Shown piece by piece: positions 35,832 to 49,422 of a stretch of DNA of 64,000 nt. Both the position numbers and the translations under genes were made by a program. The notes under the pieces were generated by a model. It did not search any database. It was not told where the DNA came from and saw nothing but the letters and a program-made list of their open reading frames with translations. Every line of letters starts with the position of its first letter. Position 1 is the first letter of the stretch. Origin of the DNA: Narcine bancroftii (taxonomy: Eukaryota); assembly GCF_036971445.1 (NCBI RefSeq), contig NC_091481.1, forward strand, positions 69,936,001-70,000,000, given 5' to 3'.

Positions 35832-36005
35832 TTGGACAGGCACTTGAGGGGAAATGAATGAAGGTGAAGGATGTGAGGGGTGTGGTGAGGGAGAATGAGG
35901 AGAGAATGGATGATAGTTGGACAGGCACTTGAGGGGAAATGAATGAAGGTGAAGGATGTGAGAGGTGTGGTGAGGGAGAATGAGGAGAGAATGGATGATA
36001 GTTGG
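35832..36005. repeat. Two-copy tandem duplication of an 85-bp purine-rich unit
   Basis: The unit TTGGACAGGCACTTGAGGGG...GATGATAG starts at 35832 and again at 35917. Confidence 0.9.
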
Positions 36006-36729
36006 AGAGCTGGGGGAAGGGATGTTGAGTTTGCTCAACTAGGGGCCAGTGTGACTTCAAACAGTCATCTTCTCTACTGTTAACCATTCAGTTGGTTGAG
36101 AAGCATCTGTCTCCTGGGCATCATCGAGGATGTCTACAAGAGACAGTGTCTCAAGAAAGCAGTCTCTATTCTCAAGGACCCCCATCACCCAGGCCATGCT
36201 TCTTCTCACTGCAACCATCAGAAAGGAGGTATAGGAGCTTGAAGGATGAACACCCCAATGGTACAAAAACAGCTCCTTTCAGATTACTGAATGGAAATGA
36301 AACACAGATACCACGTCACTTTTTCTTCTTTTTTGTACTCATTAATTTATTTTTAAAAATGTAATTTATATGCAACATTTGCACCTGTAATGCTGCCAGA
36401 AAATGAATTTTGTGACATTCCAAAAATAAATACTGATTCTAATTCTGTGGAGGGAAAAGAGGGGATGATGCTTCATATCAAGAACCTTTCATCACAATTG
36501 AAAATGGTTTGAGAGAAAACAGGTTTTAAGGTGCTTAAAAAGCAGGAAAGAGAGTAGAAGCTAAAGGAGAATTCTGCAACAGGTCCAAAACAGCAAATTA
36601 AATGACAAAAACAAAACCAGAAATTGAAAGGGACAAATAAGACTTTGACTACCGGAGGAGTAAATGAACGAAGCAAAATCCCCTTCTAGAATTACAAATA
36701 AAATCACGTGGATCTCATGTCTGAAATTA

Positions 36730-38048
36730 AAACAGAACATAGGAAGTAGGAACAGGAGTAGGCCAAAAATGGCCCATCGAGCCTGCTCCGCCATTCAATA
36801 CGATCATGGCTGATCTAATTTATGACCTAACTCCACTTACCTGCCTTCTCCCTATATCCCCTAATTCCACTATCATGTAAAAATTTATCTAACTGAATTT
36901 TAAATATGTTTAATGAAGCAGCCTCAACCACTTCCCTGGTTAGAGAATTCCAAACATTCACTACTCTCTGGGAAAAACTATTTTTCCTCATCTCTGTCCT
37001 AAATCTACTCCCCCGGATCTTGAGACTGTGTCCTCTCGTTTTAATTTCCCCAGCCAGCTCAAAAAACCTTCCTACATCTATCCTATCCATACCCTTCATA
37101 ATCCTATATGTTTCTATAAGATCTCCTCTCATTCTTCTGAACTCGAGCGAATACAATCCTAGACGATTTAATCTTTCATCACAAGTCAACCCCTTCTTTC
37201 CAGGGATCAACCTAGTAAACCTCCTCTGGACCGTCTCCAAAGCCAGTATATCCTTTCTCAAATATGGAGACCAGAACTGGACTCAGTACTCCAGGTGCGG
37301 TCTCACCAGTACCTTATACAGTTGCAACATTACCTCCCTACTCCTGAATTCAATTCCTCTAGCGATGAAGGCCAACATTCCATTTGCCTTCTTAATAACC
37401 TGCTGCACCTGCAACCTAACTTTTTGCGATTCATGCACAAGCCCTCCCAAGTCCCTCTGCACAACAGCATGCTGTAGTTTTTCACCCTTTAAATAATATT
37501 CAGCTCTTTTATTTTTCTTGCCAAAGTGGATAACCTCACACTAACTAACATTGTACTCCATCTGCCAGACCTTTGCCCACTCATCCAGCTTAACTATATC
37601 CCTCTGCAGACTCTCCACATCCTCATTACAATTTGCTCTTCCACTCAATTTGGTGTCATCCGCAAACTTGGCTACACCACATTTTGTCCCCTCCTCCAAG
37701 TCATCAGTGTAAATGATGAACAGTTGTGGGCCTAACACTGACCCCTGCGGCACCCCACTTACCAACCTGCCAACCTGAAAAACTCCCACTTATCCCGACT
37801 CTCTGCCTCCTGTCAGACAACCAATTTTCAATCCAGGCCAATATACTTCCCCGGACTCCACCTTCCTGTAACTTACTGAGAAGTCTCTTGTGCGCCATCT
37901 TATCAAACGTTTTCTGGAAATCCAAATATACAACATCAACCTGTTCCCCTCTATCCACTGCACCCATTATATCCTCAAAGAATCCTAACAAGTTTGTCAA
38001 ACAAGATCTTCCCTTTCTAAAACCATGCTGCGTCTGCCTGATTGAACA
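36730..38048 (-). mobile_element. CR1 LINE, 5'-truncated (RT and C-terminal ORF2 with frameshifts)
   Basis: Motifs VDVVYLDFQK.FDK, SGVPQGSVLGP, KFADDTKL and LGLYSLEFRRMRGDLIE. Confidence 0.92.
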
Positions 38049-41000
38049 GCGCAGTTTTCAGAAGTTAAGGTTATGATGTGCCCAATCAAAAAAATGAGAC
38101 ACTATTCCTTGAGCTTGATCGAGCTTCATAGAAAATGGGGACAGCAGACAGAGAACTCAGTGGGAGGAAGGCAGAGAATAAAAGTGAGAGGTGGTCTAAC
38201 ATTCATGATAGTATTGCAGCCTGAACAATACTGTTCTGTTCAGTGGACACAAAATCAGCATTTATTCTCCTGAGAACAGAGAGACTCATGTTGTGTGCAG
38301 CATATCCAATTACCAACTTGAAAGAAGTTCAAATAAATGTACTCCTTCATGTAGAAAAGCTTACAGGATCATGAAAGGGAGGTGGAAGATTTAAAAGGGA
38401 AGGAGAGCTGGTATTATTGGAAAATTGAGCAGAACTCCTGGAGGATATGATTCGCTTCTAATGCTGGGAGGAAGACTTGGTGGTATGGAAGGGGTTATCA
38501 TCTGAACAGATGTGGCATCGAAACTAGAAGTAGGGTGGGATTAAGTGTCAACATAGAAGCTGTAGGAGTCAGTGAGTTTGTGTTGATACTGGTGAAGTGT
38601 GTGAAGGAGACATAGCCAGTATGAAGAGGTGAGGAGGATGGGGTGAGGCAGGATTCAGCAAGCGATCGGTTGTCTAGATGAGGAGGGGTGGTTGGGCAGA
38701 TGTAGCCAGTGAGGGAAGAAAGCACGGGCTCATGGGCTGAAAGGACCTGTTACCATGCTGCATATAAAAGAAAATAGGACCATTTCCAACTCCCTTATCT
38801 GACAAACTGGCCTCAACAACTTTCAGTGGTCAGGAGTTCCACAAGTTCACATCTCTGAAGAAATTTCTCCACTTATTAGTCCTAAATGGCTTCCCCCTTA
38901 TCCTTAGATGGAGGACCCCCTCCCCTTGTTCTGGACTTTCCCAACATCAGTAACATTTTTCCTGCATCCGCTGGATGTGCGAACAACAGAGCTTTGATTT
39001 GGCCATTGTGTACTGCATCGATACGTGGGTCCTGTGCTGTACTGTTCAATCTCTTAAAATGTTGAATGTGACCCCCATGGAAAGATTAGGGCAGGCAGTT
39101 GACCAACAGCACAATCAAACACACAGCTCTTGTGTTTTAAAGGGGGAGAAAAAGAGAGAGAGAGAGGTGGAGAATTATAGAGCTGTTCAGCTTGAAAGAG
39201 CAATTAAATGTGCGGTGAATCATGGAACCAGGTTCAGAGGAGGTTATTTAGTAAAAATCAGTTAGGTTTTTAATAAAACCAGAATCAAAATCAGAATTTA
39301 TTGTCATGAACATGTCACAAAATTAATTGCTTTGCGTCAGCATTACAGGTGCAAATATTGCTGTAAAATATTTTTTTTAAAAACAAATAAAGTAGTACAA
39401 AAGAAGAGAAAGTGAGATAGTGTCTGTAGTTCATTGTCCGTTCAGAAATCTGATGGTGGAGGGGAAGAAGCTGTTTTTGTACTGTTGGGTGTTTGTCTTC
39501 AGGCTCCTGTATCAAAGAAGAGGGCCTGGCCTAGGTAATGAGGGTCTCTGAGGATAGAGGCTGCTTTCTTGAGACACTGTCTCCTGAAGATGTCCTTAAC
39601 AGAATGAAGACTGGTGCCAGGTCACTGGTTAGTTTTGAATCAGATTTCCATTAACTCAAAATATTAAGGGATTTGAGGGAAAAGGCAGGTAAATGGAAGG
39701 TCAGTCATGATGTCACCAAATAGTAAAACAGTCTCAAGAAGCTATTAGCCACTTATTGATTAGCCACTTCTCTTCCCATGTTTCTTTGAATACGTGTGTG
39801 TGTGCGTGTGGGGAGAAGCTTTAAGAGTGTGTGAGTGTTTTCATCAATGTTATCTGTTCTGATATTCTTAATATTTCAAAACACTGTAAACATTGCTTAT
39901 CATTGCTGCTCCCATCTCTACTAATGATTGCGATATGACATTTCTGGCTCTTAGTAAACTTGAATTTGGAACTTAAAGAAAGAAGTTCTTAATAATTCTA
40001 CCCTGTTCACAACCCCAGGGCTCTTTGACACTCAATGCAGAAAAATCACTTGCCAATTTGTGGCACAGCAAGATCCTTTGAATATAATTAACTTTGTCTT
40101 CTATCGGAACATAAATATTGATCGGGAGTCCAAAAACAGTCCAATGAGTTCATTGGCATCAAACTGAGAGAACAGATGTGGTAGGATTTCGGTCACAGTG
40201 GAATCTGACCAGAATCAACCAAAGCTTCCTGTTATCCCATGTCCGATCCTTGTTGGAACAATGTCATTGCAATGAAACATTAGAATTGTGAAACATTTTA
40301 TGATTTAGAAATTAGGAGTTGTAAAATAACTGTAGTAATGTACTATGGAGAGCAAGAGGATAGATTGAATTAAAGTTAAGAAAGGATTCTGAGTAAATGG
40401 GAAGAAACTGTTTCTCCATTGCAGGAATCGGGAGGAATTTCTTCTTTCACTGGTTTTAGAATCTTTAGAATTCTGTACCCTAGAAAGCTGTGATGGCAAA
40501 GTTAACAAGGTAAAGACAGAAATAAATTGCAAACATCTGCAGACACCATGATTGAAGTAAAACACAATGCTGGAGAAACTCAGCAGGTCAAACAATGTAT
40601 TTTATATAGTAAAGATAAAGATACAGAACTCTTTTGGGCTTGAATCCTTCATCAAGGTATTAGCAAGAAACAAAAGTCTGCAGACACTGTGATTGTAGTA
40701 AAAACACAGAAATGCTGGAGGAACTCGGCTGGTCCATAGCGTCCAAAGGAGGTAAAGATGTATCACCGTCATTTCAGACTTGAGCCCTTCTGCAAAGATT
40801 CAGGGATTATGTGGATCAAGGGTGATGGGGATTACAGTAAAGATTATAGGGAATGTGAAGGAAAATGAGCTGAGGGTCAGTGATGCAAGGGGTCTGGTAA
40901 TAATTGGATGAAGGCATCAAGGAAGTGTAGTGGGACAGCAGGGCACTGGAATGATCTGATTAAATGGTGAAGCTGACATGAGGTCTGAGTGACCTCTTCT

Positions 41001-42899
41001 CATTCCTGTCTTGCTAATTGGCAAGATGAAGAGAAATGTGTGGATGATCCAACACAAACACATAGACTGAAGACACTGTGAAGACTGATGACACTGACTC
41101 CATGAGAAACACCGCTCCAGCTCCATCTATAAATTCGCACCACTGTCTTATTAGGTAGGATCTCAAACAATGATGAGTTGGAATAAAACTAAATACACAA
41201 TGCTGGAGAAACTCAGCAGATTAAACAGTATATAGGAAAAAAATAAAGAAAAATAACCAACATTTCGGGCTTGAGCCCTTCATCTAGATGGAATATAGAA
41301 GGGACCACAACCCCTCCCTCAATGACGGCAAGACTAAGGAGTGGTCTTAGACTTCTGGAAGAGGGGTGTAGGTTACTCCTCTATCTGCATCAACAGAGCC
41401 AAGGTGGAAAACGTAGGCAGCTTTAACTTCTTAAGGTTAAATCTCTCCAGTGACCTGGGACTACCCATGTCAACATGATGGCCAAGAAAACTCACCAGTG
41501 CCTCCTCTTTCCTCAGAGGCCTGAGGAAATTTGGTGTGTCACCTGCATCCCTCAGTTTCTGCAATCAAAAGAAAGGTAACCTACCGCATCACTACATGGT
41601 GCAGGTACCTCTCTACCCAAGATTGCAAGAAACTGCTGAGAGTTATGATCGCAGCTCGAATCACCACACAAACCAACCTCCCTCCATTAACTCCATCATT
41701 GCTTCCCATTGCTACCACTTGCCTGCATTGTGGCTGGTCCCCTTTTTTTTTGCTCTCTTGGCAATAAATCAATCCAAAAGTTACAAGTACTATATTAGTC
41801 TACAATTCACAGAAAACATAAGTTACAAATTGAAACATGATTGTCTCCATTGATAAGGTCAAACTCTTTGGGAGAAAACCATTCCCAGATATCCTCCAAA
41901 TTGCCCGTGAGCATTGAGTGTTCCTTCTCCAGGGATACATGGATTACACAGGTGTCTTCAGAAGAGGGGCAGGCAGTCAGCCCAAGCTGAAACCTCAATT
42001 GATTGCCCACTGCCTGGACCCATAGATGGCCATCATGGCCAGGCTCAGAACCAGACTAATGAGGACAACCCTCGACCGACCCTCCCTCCTCCATACCAGG
42101 TGCCCAGAGATCAGGAGTGTGGGGCTGAAATACAGCCAAAACCTGAGGAGCAACCCCTTCAAGCACGTGAGCAGGGGTTACACTTTCACACACTCCATAT
42201 CTCTGTGAAACACAGTCTCAATCAAGCCACTGAGTGACAGTCCACGAATCAACTCAATTTGTGACTAGATCCACTGCCTTCAATGTTTAGGGCTGTAACC
42301 CTCTACTTCTTTCTTAACCAACCAAATGCCTCTTAAATGTGGTTGTTTCTGTTTATGTAACCTGTTCCAGACAATAATCTCTGTGTAAACTTACCCTCAG
42401 ATCTCCTTTAAATTTCTCCCAGCTCTCCTGAAATATATGCCCTGACCAGCGCTTAAAGCTGCACTGCCCATGACAACCAGGTAACACCAGATATGACCAA
42501 TATGGAGATTCAAAGAACAAAATGCATGCCAGGAAGATCCTTTGGCTTGGCTTCGCGGACGAAGATTTAAGGATAATACTGGGGCAGTAGTTCAGGAGAC
42601 CACAAGTGTCATCATGAGAAGAGCTCAGGAAGTGGAAGTTTGAATAACCCCTGAAGAAGGGCGGAGTGACTTAGCACCAACACTCTTATGCTAATGACCT
42701 AGGTTTGAATCTGCCAGTATCTGTAAGGATTTTGTACGTTCTTGTGTACCATGTGGGGTTCCTCTGGGTGCTCTTTCTCCCTCCCTATCTCCAAAGATGT
42801 ATTAGGTCAGTAGCACGGGCCTATGGGCCAGAAGGGCCTGTTACCAGGCTGTACCTCTAAATTATTTATGATTTGTATGCCAAGGCTCTCTCGTATCTT

Positions 42900-43825
42900 T
42901 TTTTCTTTGGCTTGGCTTCACGGACGAAGATTTATGGAGGGGTAAATATCCACGTCAGCTGCAGGCTAGTTTGTGGCTGACAAGTCCGATGCGGGACAGG
43001 CAGACACAGTTGCAGCGGTTGCAGGGGAAAATTGGTTGGTTGGGGTTGGGTGTTGGGTTTTTCCTCCTTTGTCTATTGTCAGTGAGGTGGGCTCTGCGGT
43101 CTTCTTCAAAGGAGGTTGCTGCCCGCCGAACTGTGAGGCGCCAAGATGCACGGTTTGAGGCGATATCAGCCCACTGGCGGTGGTCAATGTGGCAGGCACC
43201 AAGAGATTTCTTTAGGCAGTCCTTGTACCTCTTCTTTGGTGCACCTCTGACACGAAGGCCAGTGGAGAGCTCGCCATATAACACGATCTTGGGAAGGCGA
43301 TGGTCCTCCATTCTGGAGACATGACCTACCCAGCGCAGTTGGATCTTCCACAGCGTGGATTCGATGCTGTCGGCCTCTGCCATCTTGAGTACTTCGATGT
43401 TAGGGATGAAGTCGCTCCAATGAATGTTGAGGATGGAACGGAGACAACGCTGGTGGAAGCGTTCTAGGAGCCGTAGGTGATGCCGGTAGAGGACCCATGA
43501 TTCGGATCCGAACAGGAGTGTGGGTATGACAACGGCTCTGAATACGCTTATCTTTGTGAGGTTTTTCAGTTGGTTGTTTTTCCAGACTCTTTTGTGTAGT
43601 CTTCCAAAGGCGCTATTTGCCTTGGCGAGTCTGTTGTCTATCTCGTCGATCCTTGCATCTGATGAAAAGGTGCAGCCGAGATAGGTAAACAGGTTGACCA
43701 TTTTGAGTTTTGTGTGCCCAATGGAGATGTGGGGGGGCTGGTAGTCATGGTGGGAAGCTGACTGATGGAGGACCTCAGTTTTCTTCAGGCTGACTTCCAG
43801 GCCAACCATTTTGGCAGTTTCCGCA
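42900..43825 (-). mobile_element. RTE-clade LINE 3' fragment
   Basis: The ORF is an RTE ORF2 C-terminus (FTYLG, LRWVGHVSRM, terminal CxxC..H zinc knuckle). Confidence 0.92.
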
Positions 43826-46564
43826 TACAAGATCACACACTGTTAACAACCTCCTCCATTCACCTCTATTCCACAAACTGAGGAGAAACTGCAAATGATC
43901 ACCAGAGGTCGGTCTCTTCCATTCAGTGAGGAATGGCTTGGACAATCCTCCTGCCAGGCTGGTGTGGGTGGGCATTGAGGTAGTGAACACAGCCAGGCTG
44001 GCTAAGCACAGGTGATGATGAGAAACATAATGGAACCCAATCCAAACTTTCCAAGGAGGTTGTGTGGAGCCTGGAGACCCCAGTCTCTCTCAAAGCTGGA
44101 ATGGCTCAGCATCAATCCAGTCACGTTGCCGACTTGTTCACTTAAGAGGCAGTTGGAGGCTATGTGTTACCCTGTCAAGGTAACCTCATGTTACTCCTGC
44201 CACAGAATTGCTTGAAACTCTTCAGGAACAGCAACAAACCACCAAGGAACAGCTTGATGCCTTCATTCACTTTAATTGATGTGATTTGATTTCACTTGTG
44301 AGAAGATGCTGTCTTCATTAAGGATTAGGATGCTACTGTGGAGAGCATTCTGACAGGTTGCATTACTGTCTGGTAAGGAGGTGCCAATGCTCAGGACAAG
44401 AAAAAAACTATAGAGAGTTGTTAACTCGACTCTCACCATGCAGGCCATGCCTTTTTCATTCTGCTTCCATTGGGTAAAAGGTACAGGAGTCTGAAGACGA
44501 GTGCCTAACGGTACAAAAGCAGCTCTTCCCCTCTGCCATCAGATTTCTGAATGGACAATAAACCACAGACACTGCCTCATTTTTTTTCGCACTAATTATT
44601 TATTTTTTAATATTGTATTTACAGAACAATAATTTTATAGCAATTTTTGCACTTGAAATGCACAATGCTGCAAAACAACAAATTTTGTGATGCACGTTCA
44701 TGACGATAAACCTGATTCTGATTCTGAGTGCAAGAATGTTATCCTCATCATAAACAGGGAGATATTTGTGGCCAGGAACCCACTCATACCCTTCTTCCTT
44801 CCAATCAGAGTCCTGCTCTTGCTGCATAAGGAAAAACGTGGAGGCAGCAGGGACCAGATACCATGGTCATCCCAGTCTCCTCTGGTGCTATTTGTCGTTC
44901 AGGTTCTATATTGATGTGCTGCCTACTTCCCCCTTTCTCCCATGATGACACCATTTCATATCCCTGCACTCGGACAGCACTCTCACCCATATCCCACCCA
45001 TCTGTTCCAGACCTCTCCTTCAATTGGCCCATCTGGGACATGGTGTCACAGATCATCATGGACATCACTGTGAACATAAGATGAAAGGAAGCAGGCAAAC
45101 TCCAGGGAACCCTGCAACATAGCATTAGAGCAATAACATCACAATTGTGGAATTGAAATAAGGCCTGAAATTTCTCAAGAAACAGGCTTGGTGCACAGTG
45201 AACCGAATGACCTGAATCCATGCTGTAATCAGTTTCATGTAGGTGACCAATGGTTCAAGTTATCAGACACAGGCAACTATTGGAACATTCAAACTGGACA
45301 AAGGGCATGATTGATTGATTGCCTGTTTACTAGTGTGTGGGCAGTGAGTACATGGACATGCTTAAAATAAACAAGGCAGATTAACCTGGGCAGGAAGCCA
45401 AGAAGGATTCTCCAGAATTGTTATAGAGAAATCCTTACATTTGAGTCTTGGTCCCAATTATCACAACGCAATTTATTTGGAAGGAATGGATTACTGTGCA
45501 GCGGCCTGCACCTCAGGCCCCCACAGAAATGGCCGTCGATCGTGGAGGCTGGCAAAGCATTGTGTGGACTGAAACGCCCATATCCCTATGCCCAGTTGGG
45601 GCCTGGGCATCCGAGGTAACCAATCGGCAGCCGGCCTGCTCAAGCCATACCCCGGTGGTGACGCGGCCAAGCTGTCTCTAAAAGGAAGAGCTGCCACTGA
45701 ATAAACTTAGTGTCGACTACACTCTACTGGTGTGCATGTCTTTCTTCTCCTGTGGATTCGAGCTACAGCCTTAGGGCTATAACTGAGAGTTATAACCTAG
45801 TTGTAGCCGTAGTTCTTTCTTCTTTCTTCTTCTTCAAAGGACTGGAGCAGAGCACAAGCGGACAGGAAGATCATGCCCCACCAGAGAAGGAGAAGTGGAA
45901 GAAACGACCCTCTGGGACAGTGACCACGGCAGAGGAGCAGTGAGGGGGGCTCTGCGGCTGAGGTACCAGTGCATGCGGAGGACTTGGGGTGACTCGTCGA
46001 GGAACCCGTGGAAGCTGTGGGCTGCTGGAAGCTGCTTGATCTGGCTGGAGGGATACCAGGTATTGGAACCGGGATGCGGGGAGGTGCCGAGGGCGCCGAA
46101 GGGTTCCCTGACTGTGTCGGAGGTTTGGATCTAGAGCTCGGGTTGCCATTCCTTTGGACTGGACTCTGTGGGTGTGGGGGCTGCAGAAGTGCTGGAGGCG
46201 AATCTACGGACACTTGGTGACTCAAGGGACACTCTCTTTTGCTTCTCTCTCTCTCTCTCTCTGACTGGGTCTAACTGTAAGACTGTAAGAGGCGCTTATG
46301 CAATTCCTGCCAATGGCAAATCTGTCTGGCTTGCAGCAGGCAAAAAGAAATTTAATGTAATATGACACTGTTTTATTACTATGATAATAAATTGAATCTT
46401 GAATCTTGATCATATGTGCTGTTGATGGCTGTAATATCAGAGATTGACAGGTAATTGATTAGTCAGGGCATCAAGGGTTATGATGATGGCATCACGAAGA
46501 TCCTGAGACAGCTTTCCTTGGTCCCAGTTCATCACCCTGTACAAAAACAAAAACAAAGGTACTT

Positions 46565-48045
46565 GGTAGTGTCGCCGAAAATGTCCTCCCAGAATCACAG
46601 TGTGGCTTTCGCGCAAACAGAGGAACTACTGACATGGTCTTTGCCCTCAGACAGCTCCAAGAAAAGTGCAGAGAACAAAACAAAGGACTCTACATCACCT
46701 TTGTTGACCTCACCAAAGCCTTTGACACAGTGAGTAGGAAAGGGCTTTGGCAAATACTAGAGCGCCTCGGATGCCCCCCCCCCCCCCAAGTTCCTCAACA
46801 TGGTTATCCAACTGCACGAAAACTAACAAGGTCGGGTCAGATACAGCAATGAGCTCTCCGAACCCTTCTCCATTGACAACAGCGTGAAGCAAGGCTGCGT
46901 CCTCGCACCAACCCTCTTTACTATCTTCTTCAGCATGATGCTGAAACAAGCCATGAAAGACCTCAACAATGAAGACGCTGTTTACATCCGGTACCGCACG
47001 GATGGCAGTCTCTTCAATCTGAGGCGCCTGCAAGCTCACACCAAGACACAAGAGCAACTTGTCCGTGAACTACTCTTTGCAGACGATGCCACTTTAGTTG
47101 CCCATTCAGAGCCAGCTCTCCAGAGCATGACGTCCTGTTTTGCGGAAACTGCCAAAATGTTTGGCCTGGAAGTCAGCCTGAAGAAAACTGAGGTCCTCCA
47201 TCAGCCAGCTCCCTACCATGACTACCAGCCCCCCCACATCTCCATCGGGCACACAGTTTACCTACCTCAGCTGCACCATTTCATCTGATGCAAGGATCGA
47301 CAACGAGATAGACAACAGACTCACCAAGGCAAATAGCGCCTTTGGAAGACTACACAAAAGAGTCTGGAAAAACAACCACCTGAAGAAACACACAAAGATC
47401 AGCGTGTACAGAGCCATTGTCATACCCACGCTCCTGTTTGGCTCCGAATCATGGGCCCTCTACCGGCATCACCTACGGCTCCTAGAACACTTCCATCAGC
47501 GCTATCTCCACTCCATCCTCAACATTCATTGGAGTGACTTCATCACCAACATCGAAGTACTCGAGCTAGCAGAGTCCGCAAGCATCGAATCCACACTGCT
47601 GAAGACCCAACTGCGCTGGGTGGGTCACATCTCCAGAATGGAGGACCATCGCCTTCCCAAGATCGTGTTCTATGGCGAGCTCTCCACTGGCCACCGTGAC
47701 AGAGGTGCACCAAAGAAGAGGTACAAGGACTGCTTAAAGAAATCTCTTGGTGCCTGCCACATTGACCACCGCCAGTGGGCTGATATCGCCTCCAACCGTG
47801 CATCTTGGCGCCTCACAGTTCGACAGGCAGCAACCTCCTTTGAAGAAGACTGCAGAGCCCACCTCACTGACAAAAGACAAAGGAGGAAAAACCCAACACC
47901 CAACCCCAACCAACCAATTTTCCCTTGCAACCGCTGCAACCGTGTCTGCCTGTCCCGCATCGGACTTGTCAGTCACCAACGAGCCTGCAGCAGACATGGA
48001 CATACCCCTCCATAAATCTTCGTCCGCGAAGCCATGCCAAAGAAG
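46565..48045 (+). mobile_element. RTE-clade LINE, RT to 3' end, disrupted
   Basis: Motifs FVDLTKAFDTV, KQGCVLAPTLF and LFADD; frameshifts and stops. Confidence 0.92.
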
Positions 48046-48449
48046 GGTTATAGGGAGTGGGACTGAGCGGGAAGATAGATCAGCTCATGATAGAATGGAA
48101 GAGCAGACCCATTGATTGGCTTACTTCTTTTCCTCTATCATGTGATCTTCTACATGACTCCTCAGCTGTGGGATGCAGCCTCCAAATAGCTGCACCTTTT
48201 CACTTTTCTTTCTTTTAAGACATATATTTTGGCCTGCATTTGGTCAGGCCCATTTTGTGTCATTTGGCATAATTTCTTCATCTTGTGAGATGCTCTGGAA
48301 AATTTTCCTTTGTTATGCTTAAGTCAGTGCAAAAGTTGAAGTGAAATGGTCTGGAAAGTCACTGTTGAAACACAACCCAACAGAATTCTGTGAAACTGGC
48401 CACTTGCCAAAAATAGCTTCTGACTGGAACTGCAATCAAACTAAATTTT

Positions 48450-48565
48450 AAACAATGACTCAGCACTAAGGCAAACTTGAAGGTTAGTCAGCAGTTTCCT
48501 GTTGACATGATTTCATGCTGTTGTGACTCAGCAAAACCTGATTAGCTACCATTGACTCAGCAGAG
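48450..48565. promoter_or_regulatory. Cluster of ARE/MARE (NRF2-sMAF/BACH1) sites, candidate HMOX1 distal enhancer
   Basis: TGACTCAGCA at 48456, 48524 and 48553, plus the variant TTAGTCAGCA at 48484, within about 110 bp of non-repeat sequence. Confidence 0.85.
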
Positions 48566-48701
48566 CAAAGGCTAAGAGGGACACAGCAAAAAAAAGGCCA
48601 AGTAATCTTTGCTAAGTAGAGGATTTAAATCAATGATCACAGCACATTGTGTTTGAGAGTATGGTTGTATGGGAACATGTTTGTGAGTGCTGGTCTCCAT
48701 G

Positions 48702-48703
<2 letters not shown>

Positions 48704-48769
<66 letters not shown>
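48704..48769. repeat. (GT)n microsatellite, about 33 units
   Basis: Perfect dinucleotide run read directly. Confidence 0.97.
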
Positions 48770-48770
<1 letters not shown>

Positions 48771-48842
48771 CTCCTTGTGTGTCTGTCTATTTTTCAAATT
48801 CAAGTTCATTGTATCAATACAACCTGACAAAATATTGTTCTC

Positions 48843-49384
48843 TCTGAGAAACGGAAGTACCTTCACAGATTTCGCTCGAGACAAAAATTGTGAACAAAGA
48901 ACATTTATTGTACAACAGTGCAAAGTTGGGTGCTTCCCCTTACCCTGGGAATACACACACATACTGGGGCTTACCCAACTTTTATACACTTCATTTCAGT
49001 GTAGAGGTACCCTCCACCCTCCCCCAACATTCTTCTGCCTCCTGGATTGGTTTGGCATTTGGTAATTCTGTCTGCCTAAGTGCAGTTTCTGTAAATTTGA
49101 AAGACCATGGGGTATCCTGTCTGGGCCCCATCATGTCATTGTCCTTATTCATGAATCTGCCTTTGTCCTTATTCACACATCTCAACCCTCAGAACTTACT
49201 ATATGCAGCACTTGCTAATTCTTTCACTATAAGACCCTTATTCTATGATACTTGCGTAACCCTTCCTCACACTCTTATTGGAATTCATCACTACTCAGCA
49301 CTTACTTAACTTCCTCTAGTCCAGTCCAGTATTCCTTATTTCATTCATACTAGCTTTACTTCCTATATTCTATTATCTCTCACA
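48843..49384 (-). mobile_element. Solo LTR (family copy 2)
   Basis: Homologous to 9737-10373; TSD TTCTC. Confidence 0.8.
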
Positions 49385-49422
49385 TTCTCCAGTCCACAGT
49401 GTAAACACACATACAAAACAAT

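Noticed and set aside
35832-36005. Repeat array of functional or CRISPR-like type
   Set aside because: Only two adjacent copies with no spacers; an ordinary local duplication in eukaryotic DNA.
42666-42676. Single ARE-like GTGACTTAGCA
   Set aside because: It is isolated and lies at the 5' edge of a SINE-like repeat, so it is probably a chance match.
45490-45770. Additional solo LTR
   Set aside because: It has AATAAA and an ...ACA end, but no clear TSD or second copy in the window, so I left it uncalled.
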